From a virus (taxonomy: Duplodnaviria > Caudoviricetes): a stretch of DNA of 64,000 bases. Position numbers and translations under genes: made by a program. Positions 10,144 to 19,797 of the stretch are shown here, one piece after another. The notes under the pieces were generated by a model. It searched no databases, had not been told where the DNA came from, and was given only the letters and a program-made list of their open reading frames with translations. The first letter of the stretch is position 1. The number at the start of each line of letters is the position of its first letter. The stretch lies in IMG/VR virus record IMGVR_UViG_3300030098_006079. One strand, 5' to 3'.

Positions 10144-10939
10144 AAGGTTCTAAAATTTTTTCCCAATTATTTTTATAGATATAATTTACTTTATCTTTTC
10201 TCGTTATATCTTGTAACCGTAATCTTGGTTTTAATCTATTATGGTTTATTTCCTCCATTATTTTACTTTTATGTAGTGTGTATGTCATGAAACATTCTTC
10301 TCTTATACAGTTTCTATTAATAAGACATGCTTTTAATAATTCATCATAACTCCATAATTTACCTATATTATGTTTAAAGTTTTTTGTTAAACAGAATACT
10401 TGCGCATTAACTCTATCTTGACACTCATTAATTTGCTCATTTGTATACCCTTCAAGTAGAAGCATTTTTCGAGCTACATGTAATGGATGGTTATTCGCCG
10501 GATTATTTTTCAAGTTACAATAAAAAAAATTATCAAAGGAATTTAAATTAAATGATTGGAAAGCCTTTCGTCTATTTATTAATACTGTATCCTCTGCGTC
10601 TATCATGGGCATCATATCACAATCTAAAAAAAGCATCTTTTCATAATTAGATCTATAAAAATCTTGAAAAACTTCTAGTTTAGTAGACCAAGCTTTTCTT
10701 GAATGTAATCGCTGAACATCTTCTGTATTTCCTGTTTCCCATTGTTTAATTTTTGGGTGTTTTTTTCCCGCTTCTTTAAATATATCTTCTACTTCTTGTG
10801 GAACGTAATCTATGCATTTAAAATCTGCATTTATAGATTTAGCCCATTTTTCCATCCCCTGTATATTTGGTAATAAGTTTTTCGCGACTTGTTGTAATGT
10901 ATTAGGGTATGTACATACAGTATAAACTATTGTTTTCAT
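10136..10939 (-). CDS. GT8/GT34-like glycosyltransferase
   Basis: WAKSINADF, KAWSTKLEVF and MLFLDCD (DxD). Confidence 0.55.
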   Translation of the reverse strand: MKTIVYTVCTYPNTLQQVAKNLLPNIQGMEKWAKSINADFKCIDYVPQEVEDIFKEAGKKHPKIKQWETGNTEDVQRLHSRKAWSTKLEVFQDFYRSNYEKMLFLDCDMMPMIDAEDTVLINRRKAFQSFNLNSFDNFFYCNLKNNPANNHPLHVARKMLLLEGYTNEQINECQDRVNAQVFCLTKNFKHNIGKLWSYDELLKACLINRNCIREECFMTYTLHKSKIMEEINHNRLKPRLRLQDITRKDKVNYIYKNNWEKILEPYE

Positions 10940-12699
10940 TTTAGTTTTTCTATTAAGTATTTTTTATCTAAAAATAAATAATCTAGATCTGTAGTTTCAA
11001 GCGCTTCAAACGCACTTGAATATCTAGTTAGAATTGGTTTACCTTTTATATTAAAGGATGTGTTTAATATTACTGGTATAAGATCTTGATTTTCCATTTC
11101 ACATAAAATATCGTAAAAAAAGCTATGTTGTTCTCTTGTTACTGTTTGTAATCTCGCTGTATTGTCTATATGAGTTATAGATTGTAATTTTTCTCTATAC
11201 TCTTCCCGTACTGTAGGTGCAAAACTCATATATGGAGAATCAAAAGCATTTTCAAAAAATTTATTTTTATCTTCTTGACGGCACACAGGTGCAAACGGTC
11301 GATACCATTCTCTAAATTTTATCTTCGCGTTTAGTATATCTTTCATACCAGGGTCAGGTTTACAAATTATACTTCTATTACCTAACGCTCTCGGTCCTAA
11401 CTCAGATTTATCATGAGCACACCCTATAATTTTACCTTTTTTAATCTGTGCTACAACATCAGAGATAGTAGATGTTGTTTTTAAGTTGTATTTTTCTTTA
11501 TATGGTTCTATGCTATCTAGCATTGGTATACCATTATATGCGAGGTTAGGTCTTCTTTTTGGAAACTCTAAAAAGAACATACCTTGACTCAAACCGGAGT
11601 CGTTCGGGTTATTACAAACAAAAACATCTAGATTATAATCTTCTTTAAATACTTCCGCAATGCGCTGATTTACTAAAACATTAAGCGCACAACCACCTGT
11701 TAATATAATAGGTATTTTTTTTCGCTTACCAAGAGGATGTAACACTTCAAGTACTACTTCTTCCATTGCTTGTTGTAATGATGCTGCATAATCTGCTGCT
11801 TCCTCTACTGGAATGTTTTCTAAATATTCGTTTCGATTAGTATGATAACTTCTTGCAGCGTCTTTAAACCAGCCTTTAAACTCTTCTACTACATCTTTTT
11901 TAGCTTTTCCGTATGCCGTATACCCCATGTATTTACCAGGTGCTGCCAGTCTTGTATCTGACTCTTTATGTCGTAAACTTAACCAATCTATTTTACCGTT
12001 TGGATATTTTATTTTCGCATTAACGCTAACCATAGTATATGGCCCACCATAACGGTATGGTTTTGTTGTTTTTACGTATTTTATACCGTATTTTTTATTA
12101 AAGTTTTTTGCATAGAATAAAATACCAGTATTATAATCTAAACCTTTTATTTTTTTAAGTGTTTTTTCACATTCTGGTTCTCTACGTGATGTACGTAAGG
12201 TGTCACCAGAACCGTCGAATGAAAATATAAAACATTCTTCAAATTCTTGCGGTGCTTGATAATAACCGCTAGCGGCGTGCGCATAATGATGGTTAGGTTT
12301 AAATATAATTTTTGCTTCTTTGAAGATAGGTTTTAACATATCGTTAAAAACTTTTATAAAATGCGGATCAAAACCGAAGGTGCTTTTATGTTTATTTCGT
12401 TCTGCGCTTCTTAATTTTAAAATATTTGGATCTTCATACACTCTAGCTCTGTGTATAATTAAGACGATCTTTTTAATTATGCTCGGATCTTTTACTAATG
12501 TAGAAAGGTATTCTAGGTATGGTTTAAACGCTGTATCAATACAAGATACACCTCTGAACCATGCTCGTGCTCTGTTATATTTCGTATTAGCCCAGCGGTC
12601 GTATTCTATTGTTGTTAGTTGATTGTTTTTATCAACCAAAGTCGCATTTACGTCATGACTTACTGCATATATTGTGAGTAAATTCTCTTCTTTTATCAT
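10936..12699 (-). CDS. NodU/CmcH-family carbamoyltransferase
   Basis: SHDVN, HHYAHA, SFDGSGD, GKYMGYTAYG, GGCALNV, NDSGLSQG, ELGPRALGNRS, REWYRPFAP, THIDNTARLQTV and LNTSFN. Confidence 0.92.
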   Translation of the reverse strand: MIKEENLLTIYAVSHDVNATLVDKNNQLTTIEYDRWANTKYNRARAWFRGVSCIDTAFKPYLEYLSTLVKDPSIIKKIVLIIHRARVYEDPNILKLRSAERNKHKSTFGFDPHFIKVFNDMLKPIFKEAKIIFKPNHHYAHAASGYYQAPQEFEECFIFSFDGSGDTLRTSRREPECEKTLKKIKGLDYNTGILFYAKNFNKKYGIKYVKTTKPYRYGGPYTMVSVNAKIKYPNGKIDWLSLRHKESDTRLAAPGKYMGYTAYGKAKKDVVEEFKGWFKDAARSYHTNRNEYLENIPVEEAADYAASLQQAMEEVVLEVLHPLGKRKKIPIILTGGCALNVLVNQRIAEVFKEDYNLDVFVCNNPNDSGLSQGMFFLEFPKRRPNLAYNGIPMLDSIEPYKEKYNLKTTSTISDVVAQIKKGKIIGCAHDKSELGPRALGNRSIICKPDPGMKDILNAKIKFREWYRPFAPVCRQEDKNKFFENAFDSPYMSFAPTVREEYREKLQSITHIDNTARLQTVTREQHSFFYDILCEMENQDLIPVILNTSFNIKGKPILTRYSSAFEALETTDLDYLFLDKKYLIEKLK

Positions 12700-12703
12700 A
12701 ATA

Positions 12704-13843
12704 TTATGTATTTTGTTCTATTTCCCCACCACTAGCAATTATTTTGTATTGTTCTTTTAGTGGTATATTATTATCTGCTAAAACTCTTATTTTAGATCTA
12801 TCTAATATACATTGTTTAGTATTTTTATTTGCTATTTTCATTATACGTTGAGGTATAATCATTTTATTAAAATATTCATACCCTAATTCCCCAGCATTAA
12901 TACCTTCTCTACCTAATACTTCACCACATACAATCTCTCCTGCTGCCCAGTTAATATCTATACCATAAGTTTTTAATAAATAGCGTGATTTTTCTACCAT
13001 ATCATATATTGTATCAAAATAACTTTTTATACTTCGAAGCATTTCAGTACCGCTACCTAAAATATACCAATCTTTCATATGTAAATATTGAGTTTTAGGT
13101 TTATAGATATCACAATCTCCTTTGTGTCGTTTTTTCGCATACATTGTTTCATTTAAAACCGATAACTCTTCGTATATAGTTCTGTTTATAGGTTGATGAT
13201 CTGTATGATTACCAGATTTATCTACTGCACCGTCCCATATTTGTAAGTCACCAAACTTACAAAATATACCTCTTTCTTGTTTTTCTAAACGATGATAAAA
13301 TAGTTTTTTATCAAATCTATAAAACCGTTCATCTTCGTACATATCAGGTGTAACGAACATTAGATCAGTTCTAATTCTAAAAATATAATCATATTCTTCT
13401 TCTATTAAATTCGCTACTCTTTCTAATGATGTAAATTGACCAAGATAATATTTTAAATGTTCAGGTTCACATATTTCAAAAATACTTTTTCCGAGATTGA
13501 GAGGTATCATCTTACCGTCTTCTTTGTAGAAATAATTTAAACCACCTTTTAACCCGTTTACAAATTCAAATAACTCATTACATTTTTCAGTTAGTGGTTG
13601 ATAATCAGTAAATTCATATTTTTTCGGTTTATAAATATCTAAGATTTTTTGTTTTTCTTCTTCAGTTATAGTTTCTTCAGGATCATGACTATGATATGCT
13701 ATTTTATCCCAAAAATGAAAGTAGTAATCAGTTGTACATCCTTCAAAAGTTGTCTCTCGTAAGATACTTTCGTAGCTTAAGTCCCAAAACCTTGGTTGTC
13801 CGTATAATAATACTGCTAATTTCATTTTATACTTTTTGTACAA
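12704..13843 (-). CDS. Uncharacterised 'GQPR' family protein, paralogue 3
   Basis: LAVLLYGQPRF, DYYFHFWD, YLGQFTS and YDYIFRIRTD. Confidence 0.55.
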   Translation of the reverse strand: MYKKYKMKLAVLLYGQPRFWDLSYESILRETTFEGCTTDYYFHFWDKIAYHSHDPEETITEEEKQKILDIYKPKKYEFTDYQPLTEKCNELFEFVNGLKGGLNYFYKEDGKMIPLNLGKSIFEICEPEHLKYYLGQFTSLERVANLIEEEYDYIFRIRTDLMFVTPDMYEDERFYRFDKKLFYHRLEKQERGIFCKFGDLQIWDGAVDKSGNHTDHQPINRTIYEELSVLNETMYAKKRHKGDCDIYKPKTQYLHMKDWYILGSGTEMLRSIKSYFDTIYDMVEKSRYLLKTYGIDINWAAGEIVCGEVLGREGINAGELGYEYFNKMIIPQRIMKIANKNTKQCILDRSKIRVLADNNIPLKEQYKIIASGGEIEQNT

Positions 13844-14441
13844 CTAATAACGACATCGATCTCTCTATTACTTTACATTTTTTTGTGCTTATTAATAATT
13901 CATCTACAGCTTTCGCAACAGCGACATTTTCTTTCATTGCGTCATCGATGTAATCCTTCTCATCCAGATAATCATGAAAAATAGCAAACCCTGACAACGT
14001 TAAATTATCCCAAAAATTAAGTATATCTTTTTTTACACCTTCATACCTATGGTCTCCATCAACAAACAAAATATCGTAAGTATGGTTTAATTTTATATTT
14101 TCAGACTTATCTTTAATTAATGTAAGTTGTCCAGTTTCAATAAATTGGTTTACAAAATCTTGTGAATTTTTTGTTGTCTTATCTATGCTGATCACTGGTA
14201 CATTTGAACTTTCAGCAATTAAGTATGTAGATCCTCCAAACCTATGACCTATTTCTACTATTCTTTTTTTTGCTTGTTTACAATATTTTAGTAACACTTC
14301 AGCTTCCGGTATATAAAGTCGAATCCAACTACGACCACCTATATATTTTCGTCCGTTCTTTTCTTTAATCCATAAATGCCGATACTTTTTATCTAAAGTT
14401 GTAATATCTTCCCATTTTTCATGTTTTCTTGGCTTCTTCAT
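13827..14441 (-). CDS. Class I SAM-dependent methyltransferase (Methyltransf_24-like)
   Basis: VEIGHRFGGST, ISID, DILFVDGDHRYEGVKKD and IFHDY. Confidence 0.85.
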   Translation of the reverse strand: MKKPRKHEKWEDITTLDKKYRHLWIKEKNGRKYIGGRSWIRLYIPEAEVLLKYCKQAKKRIVEIGHRFGGSTYLIAESSNVPVISIDKTTKNSQDFVNQFIETGQLTLIKDKSENIKLNHTYDILFVDGDHRYEGVKKDILNFWDNLTLSGFAIFHDYLDEKDYIDDAMKENVAVAKAVDELLISTKKCKVIERSMSLLVVQKV

Positions 14442-14444
14442 AGA

Positions 14445-15503
14445 CTAATCAGTTATAAAATCAGTTAAATTACCCCAATCATGGTTGTGATAAAAATAAT
14501 TTCGGTTTAATACCTTTAAAAACATAACATGCTCTGGGTGACTTGAGTCAAAAATGTTATGTATTTGAAATTCCTTGTCTGTAAATGTACCCCAGTTGTA
14601 TATTCTCGATGTATATGAGTTAAAATTATGAGCTTGTGCAATTTGAATAAACTCAGGTATACTTTTATAGTTATTTTTTTGTACACACATGTCTAATCTT
14701 ACTTCTTTTAATCCAATCTGTTGTATGAAGTGAAGATTCTTCATTAATCGGTTCCAATCTCCTCCAACTCTAACTTTATCGTAGTGGTCTTGTATGCCTG
14801 CGTCTAAACTAATTATAGCGCTAATATTATCTGTAATTTTATGAAGATTTTTTAATCGTTCCCATCTATTCTCATCAAACAAAACTCCGTTTGTTTGTAA
14901 GCTGATACTTATTTCCGGGTTCTTCTTTAAATCAATCTTTTTCATTAACTCAAAGAAAGATGGAGAGCCAAATGGATCACCTGAACCTGTAATATTAAGC
15001 TGTACTTTATGAGGTTTACTATGAATCATTCGCAATAAGCGTTTATTAATCATCATAGTAGTTTTATACTTGTCAGGATTATTTTTCTCTCCGTACTGAA
15101 TCAAATTTTTTCTACAACTAGGACATTTTAAGTTACAGGATTTATCGTAGCATAAATTAATTGTGTTAGGAGGTTGTGCTACATCCATTTCAAACTCTAA
15201 AATGAATTTCATTTGATCCCCATACTTACCATCTAGGACATCTTGTCTTGTCGGTAAGGTTCCGTTTTGTATTTTAGGACATTCTTCATGATTACACATA
15301 CTAAATGACCCATCGAGAATAGATCTGCGAAACATTTTACTGCGCTTACTATTCCATTCTTCGTAAAAGTCTAAATCAGGAGTAAGATCTCCAATCCTAT
15401 TGTGGTTAACCCATCGTGGACAGCAATTAAATAATCCTTTTTCTTGTATTTCCAGAAACGTCCATGGATGTTCACAAAATTTAGTTGAAAGATCCTTTTG
15501 CAT
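14445..15503 (-). CDS. Radical SAM protein with N-terminal SPASM/twitch-like domain
   Basis: CNLKCPSC (CxxxCxxC), TGSGDPF and LQTNG; N-terminal FCEHPW...CC...EWN...C...C. Confidence 0.85.
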   Translation of the reverse strand: MQKDLSTKFCEHPWTFLEIQEKGLFNCCPRWVNHNRIGDLTPDLDFYEEWNSKRSKMFRRSILDGSFSMCNHEECPKIQNGTLPTRQDVLDGKYGDQMKFILEFEMDVAQPPNTINLCYDKSCNLKCPSCRKNLIQYGEKNNPDKYKTTMMINKRLLRMIHSKPHKVQLNITGSGDPFGSPSFFELMKKIDLKKNPEISISLQTNGVLFDENRWERLKNLHKITDNISAIISLDAGIQDHYDKVRVGGDWNRLMKNLHFIQQIGLKEVRLDMCVQKNNYKSIPEFIQIAQAHNFNSYTSRIYNWGTFTDKEFQIHNIFDSSHPEHVMFLKVLNRNYFYHNHDWGNLTDFITD

Positions 15504-15523
15504 GTATAATTAATTATAGAGTT

Positions 15524-15925
15524 ATGCCTAGTATACAAGCAGCTAAGCCTGAGATTAAAGAGATCTTTTTCAACGGCGTACAATACAAGCCTAATCAGAA
15601 GGATGTTGAAGAAATTACTTTCTTAGGAACTAAGACCATTCAAGCTAAAGTAAAAGAAAACTTAACTATTTTTTGGAACCCACTTACATGGGACTGGACT
15701 AAGGCAGCAGACAAGAGCGCTTATGAAACCAAATACAAGAGGAAGACTAGACCTGTGTATTTTAAGGAAAAGGTATTTCTTGTTGAGACTTCTAAAATGA
15801 AAAAAGGTATTGTCGATGACGAGTTTGTTGACACTGCAGAGCTACCAATTGGTATTGTTGTATATTGGGAACCTGATACAGAGCAATGGCAAATGTTAGG
15901 TTATAAAGAAAACTTACTTCGATAG
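15524..15925 (+). CDS. Hypothetical protein
   Basis: ORF divergent from the glycan operon; ATG at 15524; no motif recognised. Confidence 0.5.
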   Translation: MPSIQAAKPEIKEIFFNGVQYKPNQKDVEEITFLGTKTIQAKVKENLTIFWNPLTWDWTKAADKSAYETKYKRKTRPVYFKEKVFLVETSKMKKGIVDDEFVDTAELPIGIVVYWEPDTEQWQMLGYKENLLR

Positions 15926-15929
15926 ATGA

Positions 15930-16892
15930 GTGAAAAAAACTGCTTGTATCTATACTTCTAATACTGGAGTAGGTTTAGTAGCAGATGTAGATCTACTTCA
16001 GGATTTATTATTTGATTACTATGATGTTGATGTCGTATATTTTGAGCATAATATTAATTCTACATCTTCTAAAGATTATGTTCCTAAAGAGTATGATGTA
16101 GGTATATACATACAAGAATTTTTCCCAGAGAGTTTGCTATGTAATAAGAAAAATATTTTTTTCGTTAATGAAGAGTGGCTTAATTCAACAAATATTAAAC
16201 ACATACGAGATTTTGACAAAGTAATATGTAAGTCAACATTTAGTCAGCAATTATTATCCCCATACAATAATAATGTAGTTAATTGCGGGTTTATTTCTAG
16301 AGATAAATATGACTCTAACATTCCACGGAAAAACATGTTTTTACACTTAGGTGGTAAAAGCTGGCAAAAAGGTACAGAATCTGTTCTTAATATTTTTAAT
16401 AAAAACGAACTACCGTTAACATTTATACAAAGTAATAAGAACTATGATAACTCTGATAAAGATAAAAATATTACATATATAAATACCTTTTTAGACGTAA
16501 GGGAGTTAAATAGACTTTTTAATACCTCTTCTATTCATTTATGTCCAAGTATATATGAAGGATGGGGACATTATTTGTATGAAGCTTTATCGGTTGGTGC
16601 ACTTACATACGTAACAAAACTACCTATGTTTATCGAGTGGTTAGATCCAGAATTGGTAGTTTTCAATGATTGTGTTTATAGTGGTTTGAATGATGATTTC
16701 TTATTTTTACATAAAAGAAAAAATACTTTACACCAATTCGGCTGGTTGGTTGATGAGTCTTGTTTAGAAAATAATATTAACGAACATCAAAAACATTTAG
16801 AAAAACATAATCCTGCTAAAGTAAGAGATTATTTTCGTCACCTAAACGATAAAAACTCTGGTACTCTCTTAAACCACTTGTTAGATTTGTAG
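15930..16892 (+). CDS. GT-B (GT4-like) glycosyltransferase
   Basis: HLCPSIYEGWGHYLYEALSVG contains the GT4 E-x7-E motif. Confidence 0.75.
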   Translation: MKKTACIYTSNTGVGLVADVDLLQDLLFDYYDVDVVYFEHNINSTSSKDYVPKEYDVGIYIQEFFPESLLCNKKNIFFVNEEWLNSTNIKHIRDFDKVICKSTFSQQLLSPYNNNVVNCGFISRDKYDSNIPRKNMFLHLGGKSWQKGTESVLNIFNKNELPLTFIQSNKNYDNSDKDKNITYINTFLDVRELNRLFNTSSIHLCPSIYEGWGHYLYEALSVGALTYVTKLPMFIEWLDPELVVFNDCVYSGLNDDFLFLHKRKNTLHQFGWLVDESCLENNINEHQKHLEKHNPAKVRDYFRHLNDKNSGTLLNHLLDL

Positions 16893-17685
16893 TTGGTAAC
16901 TCTTCAATAAAGTCTTTTCTTTGATCCACCCACTTTATAAAATCTTGCGCATTAATTGTAATTAGCGCGCATTCACAATCATTAATACCCGCTGTAATAT
17001 ATAGCTCTTCATTTATAGTTCGTACACACATAACAAACACACATCTGTTTTTATTCTTTTTAAATTTATAAGGGTTTGTTTTTGTTGGTGGGTAGAACAA
17101 AGGCTTTGGTACATAAAATTTTGGTCGTAAGTTTTCAAGCTCTACTACTCCTTGATAATATCTTCTTGTGTTTACTGTATGACCTTTATAAGAATGAAAA
17201 ATAATAAATTGTCTGTCATTAATTTCAAACATATTACTACTTAAATGAAAAACATCTCCATACTTCCAATCCATATTGTACTCAATCCGCTCTTTATAGT
17301 TTGGTCCTTTAATTACTAATGGCTTAATTTTATAAAAATATTTTTCTTGATCTATAAACTGCCAGTTTTTTTCCCAAGCGTGACCGCTAGTAAGAGCTTC
17401 CTTATCTTTCATAAGAAAACATTCTACTTTAGGAGCATCATACTTTACATATGTAAAACTATTTTTTGATATTAGTCTAGGATCTTCTAAACTAAAATAA
17501 GGATCTTCTAATATTGTTTTCGGTTCGGTAAGAGTTTTATTTATGTGGTCAAATTTGTATTCTACAATTTTACTTCTATAGTTCTTACCTTCAACTCGAA
17601 CTAAAGCTCTATCATCCCAAAAAGACCAGTTATAAGAGTTTGTATCCTGATCAGGACTGAGCAAGATATATACTTTTTTCTTCAT
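16816..17685 (-). CDS. Putative five-bladed beta-propeller glycosidase/phosphorylase-like protein
   Basis: EDPRL, EKNW and CVFVM...ITAGINDC patterns resemble GH130-like propellers. Confidence 0.45.
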   Translation of the reverse strand: MKKKVYILLSPDQDTNSYNWSFWDDRALVRVEGKNYRSKIVEYKFDHINKTLTEPKTILEDPYFSLEDPRLISKNSFTYVKYDAPKVECFLMKDKEALTSGHAWEKNWQFIDQEKYFYKIKPLVIKGPNYKERIEYNMDWKYGDVFHLSSNMFEINDRQFIIFHSYKGHTVNTRRYYQGVVELENLRPKFYVPKPLFYPPTKTNPYKFKKNKNRCVFVMCVRTINEELYITAGINDCECALITINAQDFIKWVDQRKDFIEELPTTNLTSGLREYQSFYRLGDENNLLL

Positions 17686-18220
17686 CGCTTTGGTAATCAG
17701 TAACCCATGTGTAGTTAGCAAACTTGTGTCTTAATATACCTCCAACATCTCCAGGGGTAATTAAAATTTTATATCTTGAGTTAATGTCATTAATTGGATC
17801 TGTTATTTGTCGTGGGTTGTCGAAATTATGCTGCAGGACATCTTTACACAGTACAAGATCATATTGCCCTATATGCTCAAAATCTTCGGCAGTTACATCC
17901 TTACATATAAAAGTGTAGTCAGGGTATTTTTTTGCATGGGATTCAATTAAAGCATTTGCGCAATCGATGCCAATATAATCTACGTTTGGAAACTTTCGCA
18001 GAAGTAATGGCATCCATTGAAAATCCCCACAACCAATATCTACGATACTACTTATTAAATTTTTCGTTATAAATTTTTCAAACCATTTAATAAGAATTTT
18101 ATTATTTTTGACAAAACTACCACGACCGGATCCTTCTCCTTTAAACCCTCCGTGCTTGTAGATGTTTTTCCATTCCTCTGCGGTAATGTTACTTAAATCT
18201 ATCTCATCACAATAATTCAT
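17651..18220 (-). CDS. Class I SAM-dependent methyltransferase
   Basis: GSGRGS, SIVDIGCGDFQWM, YIGID and DLVLCKDVLQH. Confidence 0.85.
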   Translation of the reverse strand: MNYCDEIDLSNITAEEWKNIYKHGGFKGEGSGRGSFVKNNKILIKWFEKFITKNLISSIVDIGCGDFQWMPLLLRKFPNVDYIGIDCANALIESHAKKYPDYTFICKDVTAEDFEHIGQYDLVLCKDVLQHNFDNPRQITDPINDINSRYKILITPGDVGGILRHKFANYTWVTDYQSDEEKSIYLAQS

Positions 18221-18247
18221 TGATTTTTGCTCTAGTTATTTTATAAT
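18220..18247 (+). promoter_or_regulatory. Sigma70-like early promoter
   Basis: TTGATT-N16-TATAAT, ending 7 nt before the ATG at 18255. Confidence 0.65.
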
Positions 18248-18254
18248 ACTTAGT

Positions 18255-18842
18255 ATGATTTTGAGAGATATCGATATCTATGATGGTAATCTTATTCACG
18301 GGCGGTTTGCATATAAATATTTTCGCAAAAAAACTCTTCCGATTGGTAACATTGTTGCGTTTCGGGCACCGATGAAGGTTGAAACAGAAGGAATGATTGA
18401 TAATGAAGACCTACTTAATAATGATTTTATATATTCAGATGATGCTGTTAATTTTTGCTGGGAGTTGCCTAATCTTGACCCTCTTGGTGCTGTATTCTTT
18501 CAGCGACTACTTAATACACAAATTGCAAACCTTTTATCAACGAAATATCTCAACGCACCTATTGAAGTAGATGGTGATGACCTAATCGTACATAAAGAAT
18601 TCGAACAACACGGCATCATTCAACCAAAAGGTAAGTGCAGCGTGAGTATTACCTACTCACGGAACAATGTCGCGCTTGGTCACACAGCAATTAACGTTGT
18701 AGCAGGTCAAAAGGCACCTTCTTTTGCATTTTCCACGAATTTAACCGATAATCAGGTGGAAGAATTCATGAAAATCGTGGTAGATACCTACTATTCCATG
18801 GTGGATGACGCGTTTATCGCAACTACAAAACTGACATTGTGA
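18255..18842 (+). CDS. DUF366-like protein (biotin/lipoate ligase-like fold)
   Basis: YDG, IVAFRAPM, MIDNED, FIYSDD, FQRLL, VDGDDL, SVSI and GHTAINV match my recollection of the DUF366 pattern. Confidence 0.6.
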   Translation: MILRDIDIYDGNLIHGRFAYKYFRKKTLPIGNIVAFRAPMKVETEGMIDNEDLLNNDFIYSDDAVNFCWELPNLDPLGAVFFQRLLNTQIANLLSTKYLNAPIEVDGDDLIVHKEFEQHGIIQPKGKCSVSITYSRNNVALGHTAINVVAGQKAPSFAFSTNLTDNQVEEFMKIVVDTYYSMVDDAFIATTKLTL

Positions 18843-18911
18843 GGTCGAGTTCTATGTCCAAATTTTTTTCGCAAAACTTTGATGAATTTACTATAAGGTT
18901 TTTAGACTGTC

Positions 18912-19433
18912 ATGAATTTAGTAGAGAGAATACCAATCGGGAGTAAATTTCCCGACACTATAAATTGTATTATTGAGATACCGAAAGGTACAAGCGCGAA
19001 ATATGAATATAACGAAGAGTTAAACATATTTCAGCTAGCAAGGTGCTTGTACAGCTCGATGATATATACAGCATCGTACGGCTTCATACCTCAAACCTAT
19101 GCGCTTGATGATGACCCATTAGATATTATTGTTTATAACAATATACCTATACAAACCGGTGCATTGGTTGAAGTTAGGCCAATCGCGACGTTAGATATGA
19201 CCGACAATGGAGATAAAGACTATAAAGTCGTAGCTGTACCTGTAAGTCATGTCAAGGAATACCGCACATTAAAGGATCTTGAACCACACTGGGTTAGTAC
19301 TACTCTTAATTTCTTCTCTCATTATAAAGATCTTGAAGATAAAGTAGTTGAGATAGACGGGTGGTTGTCTAAATCCCGTACTAAAAAAATAATTACCGAC
19401 GCTCACAATAGATACAATGCCAAAAACAATTAA
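18912..19433 (+). CDS. ppa: Family I inorganic pyrophosphatase
   Basis: IIEIPKG, KYEY, YGFIPQT, DDDPLD, DNGDKDYK and FFSHYKDLE. Confidence 0.92.
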   Translation: MNLVERIPIGSKFPDTINCIIEIPKGTSAKYEYNEELNIFQLARCLYSSMIYTASYGFIPQTYALDDDPLDIIVYNNIPIQTGALVEVRPIATLDMTDNGDKDYKVVAVPVSHVKEYRTLKDLEPHWVSTTLNFFSHYKDLEDKVVEIDGWLSKSRTKKIITDAHNRYNAKNN

Positions 19434-19797
19434 CAATGTCTTTGACATCATTAATAATATTGCTTTTGATTCTCACATTGTCGATATCAATATTGCCGAT
19501 CGTAAATTATATTCTCCGTATATTACGAATAGGTATCTTACTTTTGTTAACTCTAAAACTGCTCATTTGGTTAATGACACCGTCAACAAATATGGGCTTG
19601 TATATAATCCTTTAGAGCATTACAAATTTTTATTTCATTTAATACCTAAGACTAAACGTAAGTTTATAAGATACGCGAAGAAGAAAAAAAAGACAGAAAA
19701 TAATTTTGAAACAATTGCAAAAAAATATAATTTATCTTCAAGAGAGGTACGATTGTATTCGGAACAATTTGATGTAAATATTCCAAAGTATGAATAG
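19417..19797 (+). CDS. gp62: Clamp loader small subunit (T4 gp62-like)
   Basis: YSPYITNRYL, HYKFLFHLIPKTKRKF and IAKKYNLS pattern of gp62 homologues. Confidence 0.65.
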   Translation: MPKTINNVFDIINNIAFDSHIVDINIADRKLYSPYITNRYLTFVNSKTAHLVNDTVNKYGLVYNPLEHYKFLFHLIPKTKRKFIRYAKKKKKTENNFETIAKKYNLSSREVRLYSEQFDVNIPKYE

